Of a DNA stretch of 64,000 nt, positions 1 through 12,789 are shown one piece after another. The first letter of the stretch is position 1, and every line of letters begins with the position of its first letter. The position numbers were made by a program, and so were the translations under genes. Below the pieces are notes generated by a model. It saw only the letters and a list, made by a program, of their open reading frames with translations, was not told the DNA's origin and ran no database searches. The stretch is from Auanema rhodensis. Lineage: Eukaryota > Animalia > Nematoda. The DNA is taken from contig OZ059894.1 in assembly GCA_964057225.1 (NCBI GenBank), positions 23,498,001 through 23,562,000 of the forward strand, written 5' to 3'.

Positions 1-176
1 CGTGAAAGATAAAGAGATGCGGTTTTCAAAATTAGATTCCCCATGTCCATATTAGTCTAAAAACAAATTTTTATTGATATTGGTGCATGGTAACCATGAC
101 TTTGAAATTTACGTGAACTTTAATTTATGCTAATTAAATGTACACGTGATGTGCACTTGGTATGTGACTCGCTTCA
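1..176 (+). repeat. Reference monomer (first copy; phase is arbitrary, set by the window start)
   Basis: Positions 1-176 re-start at 177. This copy carries the minor GTGACT allele at position 166 (consensus GTAACT). Confidence 0.98.
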
Positions 177-2449
177 CGTGAAAGATAAAGAGATGCGGTT
201 TTCAGAATTAGATTTCCCATGTCCATATTAGTCTAAAAACAAATTTTTATTGATATTGGTGCATGGTAACCATGACTTTGAAATTTACGTGAACTTTAAT
301 TTATGCTAATTAAATGTACACGTGATGTGCACTTGGTATGTAACTCGCTTCACGTGAAAGATAAAGAGATGCGGTTTTCAAAATTAGAATCCCCATGTCC
401 ATATTAGTCTAAAAACAAATTTTTATTGATATTGGTGCATGGTAACCATGATTTTGAAATTTACGTGAACTTTAATTTATGCTAATTAAATGTACACGTG
501 ATGTGCACTTGGTATGTAACTCGCTTCACGTGAAAGATAAAGAGATGCGGTTTTCAAAATTAGATTTCTCATGTCCATATTAGTCTAAAAACAAATTTTT
601 ATTGATATTGATGCATGGTAACCATGACTTTGAAATTTACGTGAACTTTAATTTATGCTAATTAAATGTACACGTGATGTGCACTTGGTATGTAACTCGC
701 TTCACGTGAAAGATAAAGAGATGCGGTTTTCAAAATTAGATTCCCCATGTCCATATTAGTCTAAAAACAAATTTTTATTGATATTGGTGCATGGTAACCA
801 CGACTTTGAAATTTACGTGAACTTTAATTTATGCTAATTAAATGTACACGTGATGTGCACTTGGTATGTAACTCGCTTCACGTGAAAGATAAAGAGATGC
901 GGTTTTCAAAATTAGATTCCCCATGTCCATATTAGTCTAAAAACAAATTTTTATTGATATTGGTGCATGGTAACCATGACTTTGAAATTTACGTGAACTT
1001 TAATTTATGCTAATTAAATGTACACGTGATGTGCACTTGGTATGTAACTCGCTTCACGTGAAAGATAAAGAGATGCGGTTTTCAAAATTAGATTCCCCAT
1101 GTCCATATCAGTCTAAAAACAAATTTTTATTGATATTGGTGCATGGTAACCATGATTTTGAAATTTACGTGAACTTTAATTTATGCTAATTAAATGTACA
1201 CGTGATGTGCACTTGGTATGTAACTCGCTTCACGTGAAAGATAAAGAGATGCGGTTTTCAAAATTAGAATCCCCATGTCCATATTAGTCTAAAAACAAAT
1301 TTTTATTGATATTGGTGCATGGTAACCATGATTTTGAAATTTACGTGAACTTTAATTTATGCTAATTAAATGTACACGTGATGTGCACTTGGTATGTAAC
1401 TCGCTTCACGTGAAAGATAAAGAGATGCGGTTTTCAAAATTAGATTCCCCATGTCCATATTAGTCTAAAAACAAATTTTTATTGATATTGGTGCATGGTA
1501 ACCACGACTTTGAAATTTACGTGAACTTTAATTTATGCTAATTAAATGTACACGTGATGTGCACTTGGTATGTAACTCGCTTCACGTGAAAGATAAAGAG
1601 ATGCGGTTTTCAAAATTAGATTCCCCATGTCCATATTAGTCTAAAAACAAATTTTTATTGATATTGGTGCATGGTAACCACGACTTTGAAATTTACGTGA
1701 ACTTCAATTTATGCTAATTAAATGTACACGTGATGTGCACTTGGTATGTAACTCGCTTCACGTGAAAGATAAAGAGATGCGGTTTTCAAAATTAGATTCC
1801 CCATGTCCATATTAGTCTAAAAACAAATTTTTATTGATATTGGTGCATGGTAACCACGACTTTGAAATTTACGTGAACTTTAATTTATGCTAATTAAATG
1901 TACACGTGATGTGCACTTGGTATGTAACTCGCTTCACGTGAAAGATAAAGAGATGCGGTTTTCAAAATTAGATTCCCCATGTCCATATTAGTCTAAAAAC
2001 AAATTTTTATTGATATTGGTGCATGGTAACCATGACTTTGAAATTTACGTGAACTTTAATTTATGCTAATTAAATGTACACGTGATGTGCACTTGGTATG
2101 TAACTCGCTTCACGTGAAAGATAAAGAGATGCGGTTTTCAAAATTAGATTCCCCATGTCCATATCAGTCTAAAAACAAATTTTTATTGATATTGGTGCAT
2201 GGTAACCATGATTTTGAAATTTACGTGAACTTTAATTTATGCTAATTAAATGTACACGTGATGTGCACTTGGTATGTAACTCGCTTCACGTGAAAGATAA
2301 AGAGATGCGGTTTTCAAAATTAGAATCCCCATGTCCATATTAGTCTAAAAACAAATTTTTATTGATATTGGTGCATGGTAACCATGATTTTGAAATTTAC
2401 GTGAACTTTAATTTATGCTAATTAAATGTACACGTGATGTGCACTTGGT

Positions 2450-5400
2450 ATGTAACTCGCTTCACGTGAAAGATAAAGAGATGCGGTTTTCAAAATTAGA
2501 TTCCCCATGTCCATATTAGTCTAAAAACAAATTTTTATTGATATTGGTGCATGGTAACCACGACTTTGAAATTTACGTGAACTTTAATTTATGCTAATTA
2601 AATGTACACGTGATGTGCACTTGGTATGTAACTCGCTTCACGTGAAAGATAAAGAGATGCGGTTTTCAAAATTAGATTCCCCATGTCCATATTAGTCTAA
2701 AAACAAATTTTTATTGATATTGGTGCATGGTAACCATGACTTTGAAATTTACGTGAACTTTAATTTATGCTAATTAAATGTACACGTGATGTGCACTTGG
2801 TATGTAACTCGCTTCACGTGAAAGATAAAGAGATGCGGTTTTCAAAATTAGATTCCCCATGTCCATATCAGTCTAAAAACAAATTTTTATTGATATTGGT
2901 GCATGGTAACCATGATTTTGAAATTTACGTGAACTTTAATTTATGCTAATTAAATGTACACGTGATGTGCACTTGGTATGTAACTCGCTTCACGTGAAAG
3001 ATAAAGAGATGCGGTTTTCAAAATTAGAATCCCCATGTCCATATTAGTCTAAAAACAAATTTTTATTGATATTGGTGCATGGTAACCATGATTTTGAAAT
3101 TTACGTGAACTTTAATTTATGCTAATTAAATGTACACGTGATGTGCACTTGGTATGTAACTCGCTTCACGTGAAAGATAAAGAGATGCGGTTTTCAAAAT
3201 TAGATTCCCCATGTCCATATTAGTCTAAAAACAAATTTTTATTGATATTGGTGCATGGTAACCATGACTTTGAAATTTACGTGAACTTTAATTTATGCTA
3301 ATTAAATGTACACGTGATGTGCACTTGGTATGTAACTCGCTTCACGTGAAAGTTAAAGAGATGCGGTTTTCAAAATTAGATTCCCCATGTCCATATTAGT
3401 CTAAAAACAAATTTTTATTGATATTGGTGCATGGTAACCATGACTTTGAAATTTACGTGAACTTTAATTTATGCTAATTAAATGTACACGTGATGTGCAC
3501 TTGGTATGTAACTCGCTTCACGTGAAAGATAAAGAGATGCGGTTTTCAAAATTAGAATCCCCATGTCCATATTAGTCTAAAAACAAATTTTTATTGATAT
3601 TGGTGCATGGTAACCATGATTTTGAAATTTACGTGAACTTTAATTTATGCTAATTAAATGTACACGTGATGTGCACTTGGTATGTAACTCGCTTCACGTG
3701 AAAGATAAAGAGATGCGGTTTTCAAAATTAGATTTCTCATGTCCATATTAGTCTAAAAACAAATTTTTATTGATATTGATGCATGGTAACCATGACTTTG
3801 AAATTTACGTGAACTTTAATTTATGCTAATTAAATGTACACGTGATGTGCACTTGGTATGTAACTCGCTTCACGTGAAAGATAAAGAGATGCGGTTTTCA
3901 AAATTAGATTCCCCATGTCCATATTAGTCTAAAAACAAATTTTTATTGATATTGGTGCATGGTAACCACGACTTTGAAATTTACGTGAACTTTAATTTAT
4001 GCTAATTAAATGTACACGTGATGTGCACTTGGTATGTAACTCGCTTCACGTGAAAGATAAAGAGATGCGGTTTTCAAAATTAGATTCCCCATGTCCATAT
4101 TAGTCTAAAAACAAATTTTTATTGATATTGGTGCATGGTAACCATGACTTTGAAATTTACGTGAACTTTAATTTATGCTAATTAAATGTACACGTGATGT
4201 GCACTTGGTATGTAACTCGCTTCACGTGAAAGATAAAGAGATGCGGTTTTCAAAATTAGATTCCCCATGTCCATATCAGTCTAAAAACAAATTTTTATTG
4301 ATATTGGTGCATGGTAACCATGACTTTGAAATTTACGTGAACTTTAATTTATGCTAATTAAATGTACACGTGATGTGCACTTGGTATGTAACTCGCTTCA
4401 CGTGAAAGATAAAGAGATGCGGTTTTCAAAATTATATTCCCCATGTCCATATTAGTCTAAAAACAAATTTTTATTGATATTGGTGCATGGTAACCATGAC
4501 TTTGAAATTTACGTGAACTTTAATTTATGCTAATTAAATGTACACGTGATGTGCACTTGGTATGTAACTCGCTTCACGTGAAAGATAAAGAGATGCGGTT
4601 TTCAAAATTAGATTCCCCATGTCCATATTAGTCGAAAAACAAATTTTTATTGATATTGGTGCATGGTAACCATGATTTTGAAATTTACGTGAACTTTAAT
4701 TTATGCTAATTAAATGTACACGTGATGTGCACTTGGTATGTAACTCGCTTCACGTGAAAGATAAAGAGATGCGGTTTTCAAAATTAGATTCCCCATGTCC
4801 ATATTAGTCTAAAAACAAATTTTTATTGATATTGGTGCATGGTAACCACGACTTTGAAATTTACGTGAACTTTAATTTATGCTAATTAAATGTACACGTG
4901 ATGTGCACTTGGTATGTAACTCGCTTCACGTGAAAGATAAAGAGATGCGGTTTTCAAAATTAGATTCCCCATGTCCATATTAGTCTAAAAACAAATTTTT
5001 ATTGATATTGGTGCATGGTAACCATGACTTTGAAATTTACGTGAACTTTAATTTATGCTAATTAAATGTACACGTGATGTGCACTTGGTATGTAACTCGC
5101 TTCACGTGAAAGATAAAGAGATGCGGTTTTCAAAATTAGATTCCCCATGTCCATATCAGTCTAAAAACAAATTTTTATTGATATTGGTGCATGGTAACCA
5201 TGATTTTGAAATTTACGTGAACTTTAATTTATGCTAATTAAATGTACACGTGATGTGCACTTGGTATGTAACTCGCTTCACGTGAAAGATAAAGAGATGC
5301 GGTTTTCAAAATTAGAATCCCCATGTCCATATTAGTCTAAAAACAAATTTTTATTGATATTGGTGCATGGTAACCATGATTTTGAAATTTACGTGAACTT

Positions 5401-6930
5401 TAATTTATGCTAATTAAATGTACACGTGATGTGCACTTGGTATGTAACTCGCTTCACGTGAAAGATAAAGAGATGCGGTTTTCAAAATTAGATTCCCCAT
5501 GTCCATATTAGTCTAAAAACAAATTTTTATTGATATTGGTGCATGGTAACCATGACTTTGAAATTTACGTGAACTTTAATTTATGCTAATTAAATGTACA
5601 CGTGATGTGCACTTGGTATGTAACTCGCTTCACGTGAAAGTTAAAGAGATGCGGTTTTCAAAATTAGATTCCCCATGTCCATATTAGTCTAAAAACAAAT
5701 TTTTATTGATATTGGTGCATGGTAACCATGACTTTGAAATTTACGTGAACTTTAATTTATGCTAATTAAATGTACACGTGATGTGCACTTGGTATGTAAC
5801 TCGCTTCACGTGAAAGATAAAGAGATGCGGTTTTCAAAATTAGAATCCCCATGTCCATATTAGTCTAAAAACAAATTTTTATTGATATTGGTGCATGGTA
5901 ACCATGATTTTGAAATTTACGTGAACTTTAATTTATGCTAATTAAATGTACACGTGATGTGCACTTGGTATGTAACTCGCTTCACGTGAAAGATAAAGAG
6001 ATGCGGTTTTCAAAATTAGATTTCTCATGTCCATATTAGTCTAAAAACAAATTTTTATTGATATTGATGCATGGTAACCATGACTTTGAAATTTACGTGA
6101 ACTTTAATTTATGCTAATTAAATGTACACGTGATGTGCACTTGGTATGTAACTCGCTTCACGTGAAAGATAAAGAGATGCGGTTTTCAAAATTAGATTCC
6201 CCATGTCCATATTAGTCTAAAAACAAATTTTTATTGATATTGGTGCATGGTAACCACGACTTTGAAATTTACGTGAACTTTAATTTATGCTAATTAAATG
6301 TACACGTGATGTGCACTTGGTATGTAACTCGCTTCACGTGAAAGATAAAGAGATGCGGTTTTCAAAATTAGATTCCCCATGTCCATATTAGTCTAAAAAC
6401 AAATTTTTATTGATATTGGTGCATGGTAACCATGACTTTGAAATTTACGTGAACTTTAATTTATGCTAATTAAATGTACACGTGATGTGCACTTGGTATG
6501 TAACTCGCTTCACGTGAAAGATAAAGAGATGCGGTTTTCAAAATTAGATCCCCATGTCCATATCAGTCTAAAAACAAATTTTTATTGATATTGGTGCATG
6601 GTAACCATGACTTTGAAATTTACGTGAACTTTAATTTATGCTAATTAAATGTACACGTGATGTGCACTTGGTATGTAACTCGCTTCACGTGAAAGATAAA
6701 GAGATGCGGTTTTCAAAATTATATTCCCCATGTCCATATTAGTCTAAAAACAAATTTTTATTGATATTGGTGCATGGTAACCATGACTTTGAAATTTACG
6801 TGAACTTTAATTTATGCTAATTAAATGTACACGTGATGTGCACTTGGTATGTAACTCGCTTCACGTGAAAGATAAAGAGATGCGGTTTTCAAAATTAGAT
6901 TCCCCATGTCCATATTAGTCGAAAAACAAA
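2450..6930. repeat. 13-monomer (2288 bp) block duplication
   Basis: Rare variants recur at +2288, or +2287 after the 1-bp deletion near 6549: TATCAG 2869->5157 and 4277->6564, AAGTTAAA 3353->5641, TTGATGC 3779->6067, ATTATATT 4435->6722. Confidence 0.9.
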
Positions 6931-9900
6931 TTTTTATTGATATTGGTTCATGGTAACCATGACTTTGAAATTTACGTGAACTTTAATTTATGCTAATTAA
7001 ATGTACACGTGATGTGCACTTGGTATGTGACTCGCTTCACGTGAAAGATAAAGAGATGCGGTTTTCAGAATTAGATTCCCCATGTCCATATTAGTCTAAA
7101 AACAAATTTTTATTGATATTGGTGCATGGTAACCATGACTTTGAAATTTACGTGAACTTTAATTTATGCTAATTAAATGTACACGTGATGTGCACTTGGT
7201 ATGTAACTCGCTTCACGTGAAAGATAAAGAGATGCGGTTTTCAAAATTAGAATCCCCATGTCCATATTAGTCTAAAAACAAATTTTTATTGATATTGGTG
7301 CATGGTAACCATGATTTTGAAATTTACGTGAACTTTAATTTATGCTAATTAAATGTACACGTGATGTGCACTTGGTATGTAACTCGCTTCACGTGAAAGA
7401 TAAAGAGATGCGGTTTTCAAAATTAGATTTCTCATGTCCATATTAGTCTAAAAACAAATTTTTATTGATATTGGTGCATGGTAACCATGACTTTGAAATT
7501 TACGTGAACTTTAATTTATGCTAATTAAATGTACACGTGATGTGCACTTGGTATGTAACTCGCTTCACGTGAAAGATAAAGAGATGCGGTTTTCAAAATT
7601 AGATTCCCCATGTCCATATTAGTCTAAAAACAAATTTTTATTGATATTGGTGCATGGTAACCACGACTTTGAAATTTACGTGAACTTTAATTTATGCTAA
7701 TTAAATGTACACGTGATGTGCACTTGGTATGTAACTCGCTTCACGTGAAAGATAAAGAGATGCGGTTTTCAAAATTAGATTCCCCATGTCCATATTAGTC
7801 TAAAAACAAATTTTTATTGATATTGGTGCATGGTAACCATGACTTTGAAATTTACGTGAACTTTAATTTATGCTAATTAAATGTACACGTGATGTGCACT
7901 TGGTATGTAACTCGCTTCACGTGAAAGTTAAAGAGATGCGGTTTTCAAAATTAGATTCCCCATGTCCATATTAGTCTAAAAACAAATTTTTATTGATATT
8001 GGTGCATGGTAACCATGACTTTGAAATTTACGTGAACTTTAATTTATGCTTATTAAATGTACACGTGATGTGCACTTGGTATGTAACTCGCTTCACGTGA
8101 AAGATAAAGAGATGCGGTTTTCAAAATTAGATTCCCCATGTCCATATTAGTCTAAAAACAAATTTTTATTGATATTGGTGCATGGTAACCATGACTTTGA
8201 AATTTACGTGAACTTTAATTTATGCTAATTAAATGTACACGTGATGTGCACTTGGTATGTAACTCGCTTCACGTGAAAGATAAAGAGATGCGGTTTTCAA
8301 AATTAGATTCCCCATGTCCATATTAGTCTAAAAACAAATTTTTATTGATATTGGTGCATGGTAACCATGACTTTGAAATTTACGTGAACTTTAATTTATG
8401 CTAATTAAATGTACACGTGATGTGCACTTGGTATGTAACTCGCTTCACGTGAAAGATAAAGAGATGCGGTTTTCAAAATTAGATTCCCCATGTCCATATT
8501 AGTCTAAAAACAAATTTTTATTGATATTGGTGCATGGTAACCATGACTTTGAAATTTACGTGAACTTTAATTTATGCTAATTAAATGTACACGTGATGTG
8601 CACTTGGTATGTAACTCGCTTCACGTGAAAGATAAAGAGATGCGGTTCTCAAAATTAGATTCCCCATGTCCATATTAGTCTAAAAACAAATTTTTATTGA
8701 TATTGGTGCATGGTAACCATGACTTTGAAATTTACGTGAACTTTAATTTATGCTAATTAAATGTACACGTGATGTGCACTTGGTATGTAACTCGCTTCAC
8801 GTGAAAGATAAAGAGATGCGGTTTTCAAAATTAGATTCCCCATGTCCATATTAGTCTAAAAACAAATTTTTATTGATATTGGTGCATGGTAACCATGACT
8901 TTGAAATTTACGTGAACTTTAATTTATGCTAATTAAATGTACACGTGATGTGCACTTGGTATGTAACTCGCTTCACGTAAAAGATAAAGAGATGCGGTTT
9001 TCAAAATTAGATTCCCCATGTCCATATTAGTCTAAAAACAAATTTTTATTGATATTGGTGCATGGTAACCATGACTTTGAAATTTACGTGAACTTTAATT
9101 TATGCTAATTAAATGTACACGTGATGTGCACTTGGAATGTAACTCGCTTCACGTGAAAGATAAAGAGATGCGGTTTTCAAAATTAGATTCCCCATGTCCA
9201 TATTAGTCGAAAAACAAATTTTTATTGATATTGGTTCATGGTAACCATGACTTTGAAATTTACGTGAACTTTAATTTATGCTAATTAAATGTACACGTGA
9301 TGTGCACTTGGTATGTAACTCGCTTCACGTGAAAGATAAAAAGATGCGGTTTTCAGAATTAGATTCCCCATTTCCATATTAGTCTAAAAACCAATTTTTA
9401 TTGATATTGGTTCATGGTAACCATGACTTTGAAATTTACGTGAACTTTAATTTATGCTAATTAAATGTACACGTGATGTGCACTTGGTATGTAACTCGCT
9501 TCACGTGAAAGATAAAGAGATGCGGTTTTCAAAATTAGAATCCCCATGTCCATATTAGTCTAAAAACAAATTTTCATTGATATTAATTCATGGTAACCAT
9601 GATTTTGAAATTTACGTGAACTTTAATTTATGCTAATTAAATGTACACGTGATGTGCACTTGGTATGTAACTCGCTTCACGTGAAAGATAAAGAGATGCG
9701 GTTTTCAAAATTAGATTTCTCATGTCCATATTAGTCTAAAAACAAATTTTTATTGATATTGGTGCATGGTAACCATGACTTTGAAATTTACGTGAACTTT
9801 AATTTATGCTAATTAAATGTACACGTGGTGTGCACTTGGTATGTAACTCGCTTCACGTGAAAGACAAAGAGATGCGGTTTTCAAAATTAGATTCCCCATG

Positions 9901-12789
9901 TCCATATTAGTCTAAAAACAAATTTTTATTGATATTGGTGCATGGTAACCATGACTTTGAAATTTACGTGAACTTTAATTTATGCTAATTAAATGTACAC
10001 GTGATGTGCACTTGGTATGTAACTCGCTTCACGTGAAAGATAAAGAGATGCGGTTTTCAAAATTAGAATCCCCATGTCCATATTAGTCTAAAAACAAATT
10101 TTTATTGATATTGGTGCATGGTAACCATGATTTTGAAATTTACGTGAACTTTAATTTATGCTAATTAAATGTACACGTGATGTGCACTTGGTATGTAACT
10201 CGCTTCACGTGAAAGATAAAGAGATGCGGTTTTCAAAATTAGAATCCCCATGTCCATATTAGTCTAAAAACAAATTTTTATTGATATTGGTGCATGGTAA
10301 CCATGATTTTGAAATTTACGTGAACTTTAATTTATGCTAATTAAATGTACACGTGATGTGCACTTGGTATGTAACTCGCTTCACGTGAAAGATAAAGAGA
10401 TGCGGTTTTCAAAATTAGATTTCTCATGTCCATATTAGTCTAAAAACAAATTTTTATTGATATTGGTGCATGGTAACCATGACTTTGAAATTTACGTGAA
10501 CTTTAATTTATGCTAATTAAATGTACACGTGATGTGCACTTGGTATGTAACTCGCTTCACGTGAAAGATAAAGAGATGCGGTTTTCAAAATTAGATTCCC
10601 CATGTCCATATTAGTCTAAAAACAAATTTTTATTGATATTGGTGCATGGTAACCATGACTTTGAAATTTACGTGAACTTTAATTTATGCTAATTAAATGT
10701 ACACGTGATGTGCACTTGGTATGTAACTCGCTTCACGTGAAAGATAAAGAGATGCGGTTTTCAAAATTAGATTCCCCATGTCCATATTAGTCGAAAAACA
10801 AATTTTTATTGATATTGGTTCATGGTAACCATGACTTTGAAATTTACGTGAACTTTAATTTATGCTAATTAAATGTACACGTGATGTGCACTTGGTATGT
10901 AACTCGCTTCACGTGAAAGATAAAAAGATGCGGTTTTCAGAATTAGATTCCCCATGTCCATATTAGTCTAAAAACAAATTTTTATTGATATTGGTTCATG
11001 GTAACCATGACTTTGAAATTTACGTGAACTTTAATTTATGCTAATTAAATGTACACGTGATGTGCACTTGGTATGTAACTCGCTTCACGTGAAAGATAAA
11101 GAGATGCGGTTTTCAAAATTAGATTTCTCATGTCCATATTAGTCTAAAAACAAATTTTTATTGATATTGGTGCATGGTAACCATGACTTTGAAATTTACG
11201 TGAACTTTAATTTATGCTAATTAAATGTACACGTGATGTGCACTTGGTATGTAACTCGCTTCACGTGAAAGATAAAGAGATGCGGTTTTCAAAATTAGAA
11301 TCCCCATGTCCATATTAGTCTAAAAACAAATTTTCATTGATATTAATTCATGGTAACCATGATTTTGAAATTTACGTGAACTTTAATTTATGCTAATTAA
11401 ATGTACACGTGATGTGCACTTGGTATGTAACTCGCTTCACGTGAAAGATAAAGAGATGCGGTTTTCAAAATTAGAATCCCCATGTCCATATTAGTCTAAA
11501 AACAAATTTTCATTGATATTAATTCATGGTAACCATGATTTTGAAATTTACGTGAACTTTAATTTATGCTAATTAAATGTACACGTGATGTGCACTTGGT
11601 ATGTAACTCGCTTCACGTGAAAGATAAAGAGATGCGGTTTTCAAAATTAGATTTCTCATGTCCATATTAGTCTAAAAACAAATTTTTATTGATATTGGTG
11701 CATGGTAACCATGACTTTGAAATTTACGTGAACTTTAATTTATGCTAATTAAATGTACACGTGGTGTGCACTTGGTATGTAACTCGCTTCACGTGAAAGA
11801 CAAAGAGATGCGGTTTTCAAAATTAGATTCCCCATGTCCATATTAGTCTAAAAACAAATTTTTATTGATATTGGTGCATGGTAACCATGACTTTGAAATT
11901 TACGTGAACTTTAATTTATGCTAATTGAATGTACACGTGATGTGCACTTGGTATGTAACTCGCTTCACGTGAAAGATAAAGAGATGCGGTTTTCAAAATT
12001 AGAATCCCCATGTCCATATTAGTCTAAAAACAAATTTTTATTGATATTGGTGCATGGTAACCATGATTTTGAAATTTACGTGAACTTTAATTTATGCTAA
12101 TTAAATGTACACGTGATGTGCACTTGGTATGTAACTCGCTTCACGTGAAAGATAAAGAGATGCGGTTTTCAAAATTAGATTTCTCATGTCCATATTAGTC
12201 TAAAAACAAATTTTTATTGATATTGGTGCATGGTAACCATGACTTTGAAATTTACGTGAACTTTAATTTATGCTAATTAAATGTACACGTGATGTGCACT
12301 TGGTATGTAACTCGCTTCACGTGAAAGATAAAGAGATGCGGTTTTCAAAATTAGATTCCCCATGTCCATATTAGTCTAAAAACAAATTTTTATTGATATT
12401 GGTGCATGGTAACCATGACTTTGAAATTTACGTGAACTTTAATTTATGCTAATTAAATGTACACGTGATGTGCACTTGGTATGTAACTCGCTTCACGTGA
12501 AAGATAAAGAGATGCGGTTTTCAAAATTAGATTCCCCATGTCCATATTAGTCTAAAAACAAATTTTTATTGATATTGGTGCATGGTAACCATGACTTTGA
12601 AATTTACGTGAACTTTAATTTATGCTAATTAAATGTACACGTGATGTGCACTTGGTATGTAACTCGCTTCACGTGAAAGATAAAGAGATGCGGTTTTCAA
12701 AATTAGATTCCCCATGTCCATATTAGTCTAAAAACAAATTTTTATTGATATTGGTGGATGGTAACCATGACTTTGAAATTTACGTGAAC

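Noticed and set aside
41-90. MITE/transposon terminal inverted repeats or an intrinsic terminator
   Set aside because: The dyad is short and imperfect, with no target-site duplication, no transposase remnant and no upstream gene. It is reported only as a structural motif.
1-176. Identification as a known 176-bp satellite (Brassica CentBr or honeybee AluI family)
   Set aside because: Only the length matches. The consensus contains no AAGCTT or AGCT site and does not resemble CentBr as I recall it. A BLASTN or Dfam/Repbase search of the consensus is needed to assign family and species.
1-176. Tandem 5S rRNA, tRNA, snRNA or spliced-leader gene array
   Set aside because: I see no recognisable RNA-gene sequence, Pol III A/B/C boxes or cloverleaf, and the unit is AT-rich throughout.
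160-200. CENP-B box
   Set aside because: There is no match to the TTCG-N4-A-N2-CGGG core on either strand; the consensus contains neither TTCG/CGAA nor CGGG/CCCG.
1007-5237. Five identical 60-aa ORFs (MLIKCTRDVHLV...)
   Set aside because: They appear only where a T->C variant (TATTAG->TATCAG at 1109, 2165, 2869, 4277, 5157) removes the in-frame TAG found in nearly all other monomers. A sixth copy (6564) is frameshifted by the 1-bp deletion near 6549. Each ORF is one monomer plus 7 bp, the period of 176 is not a multiple of 3, and I recognise no protein domain.
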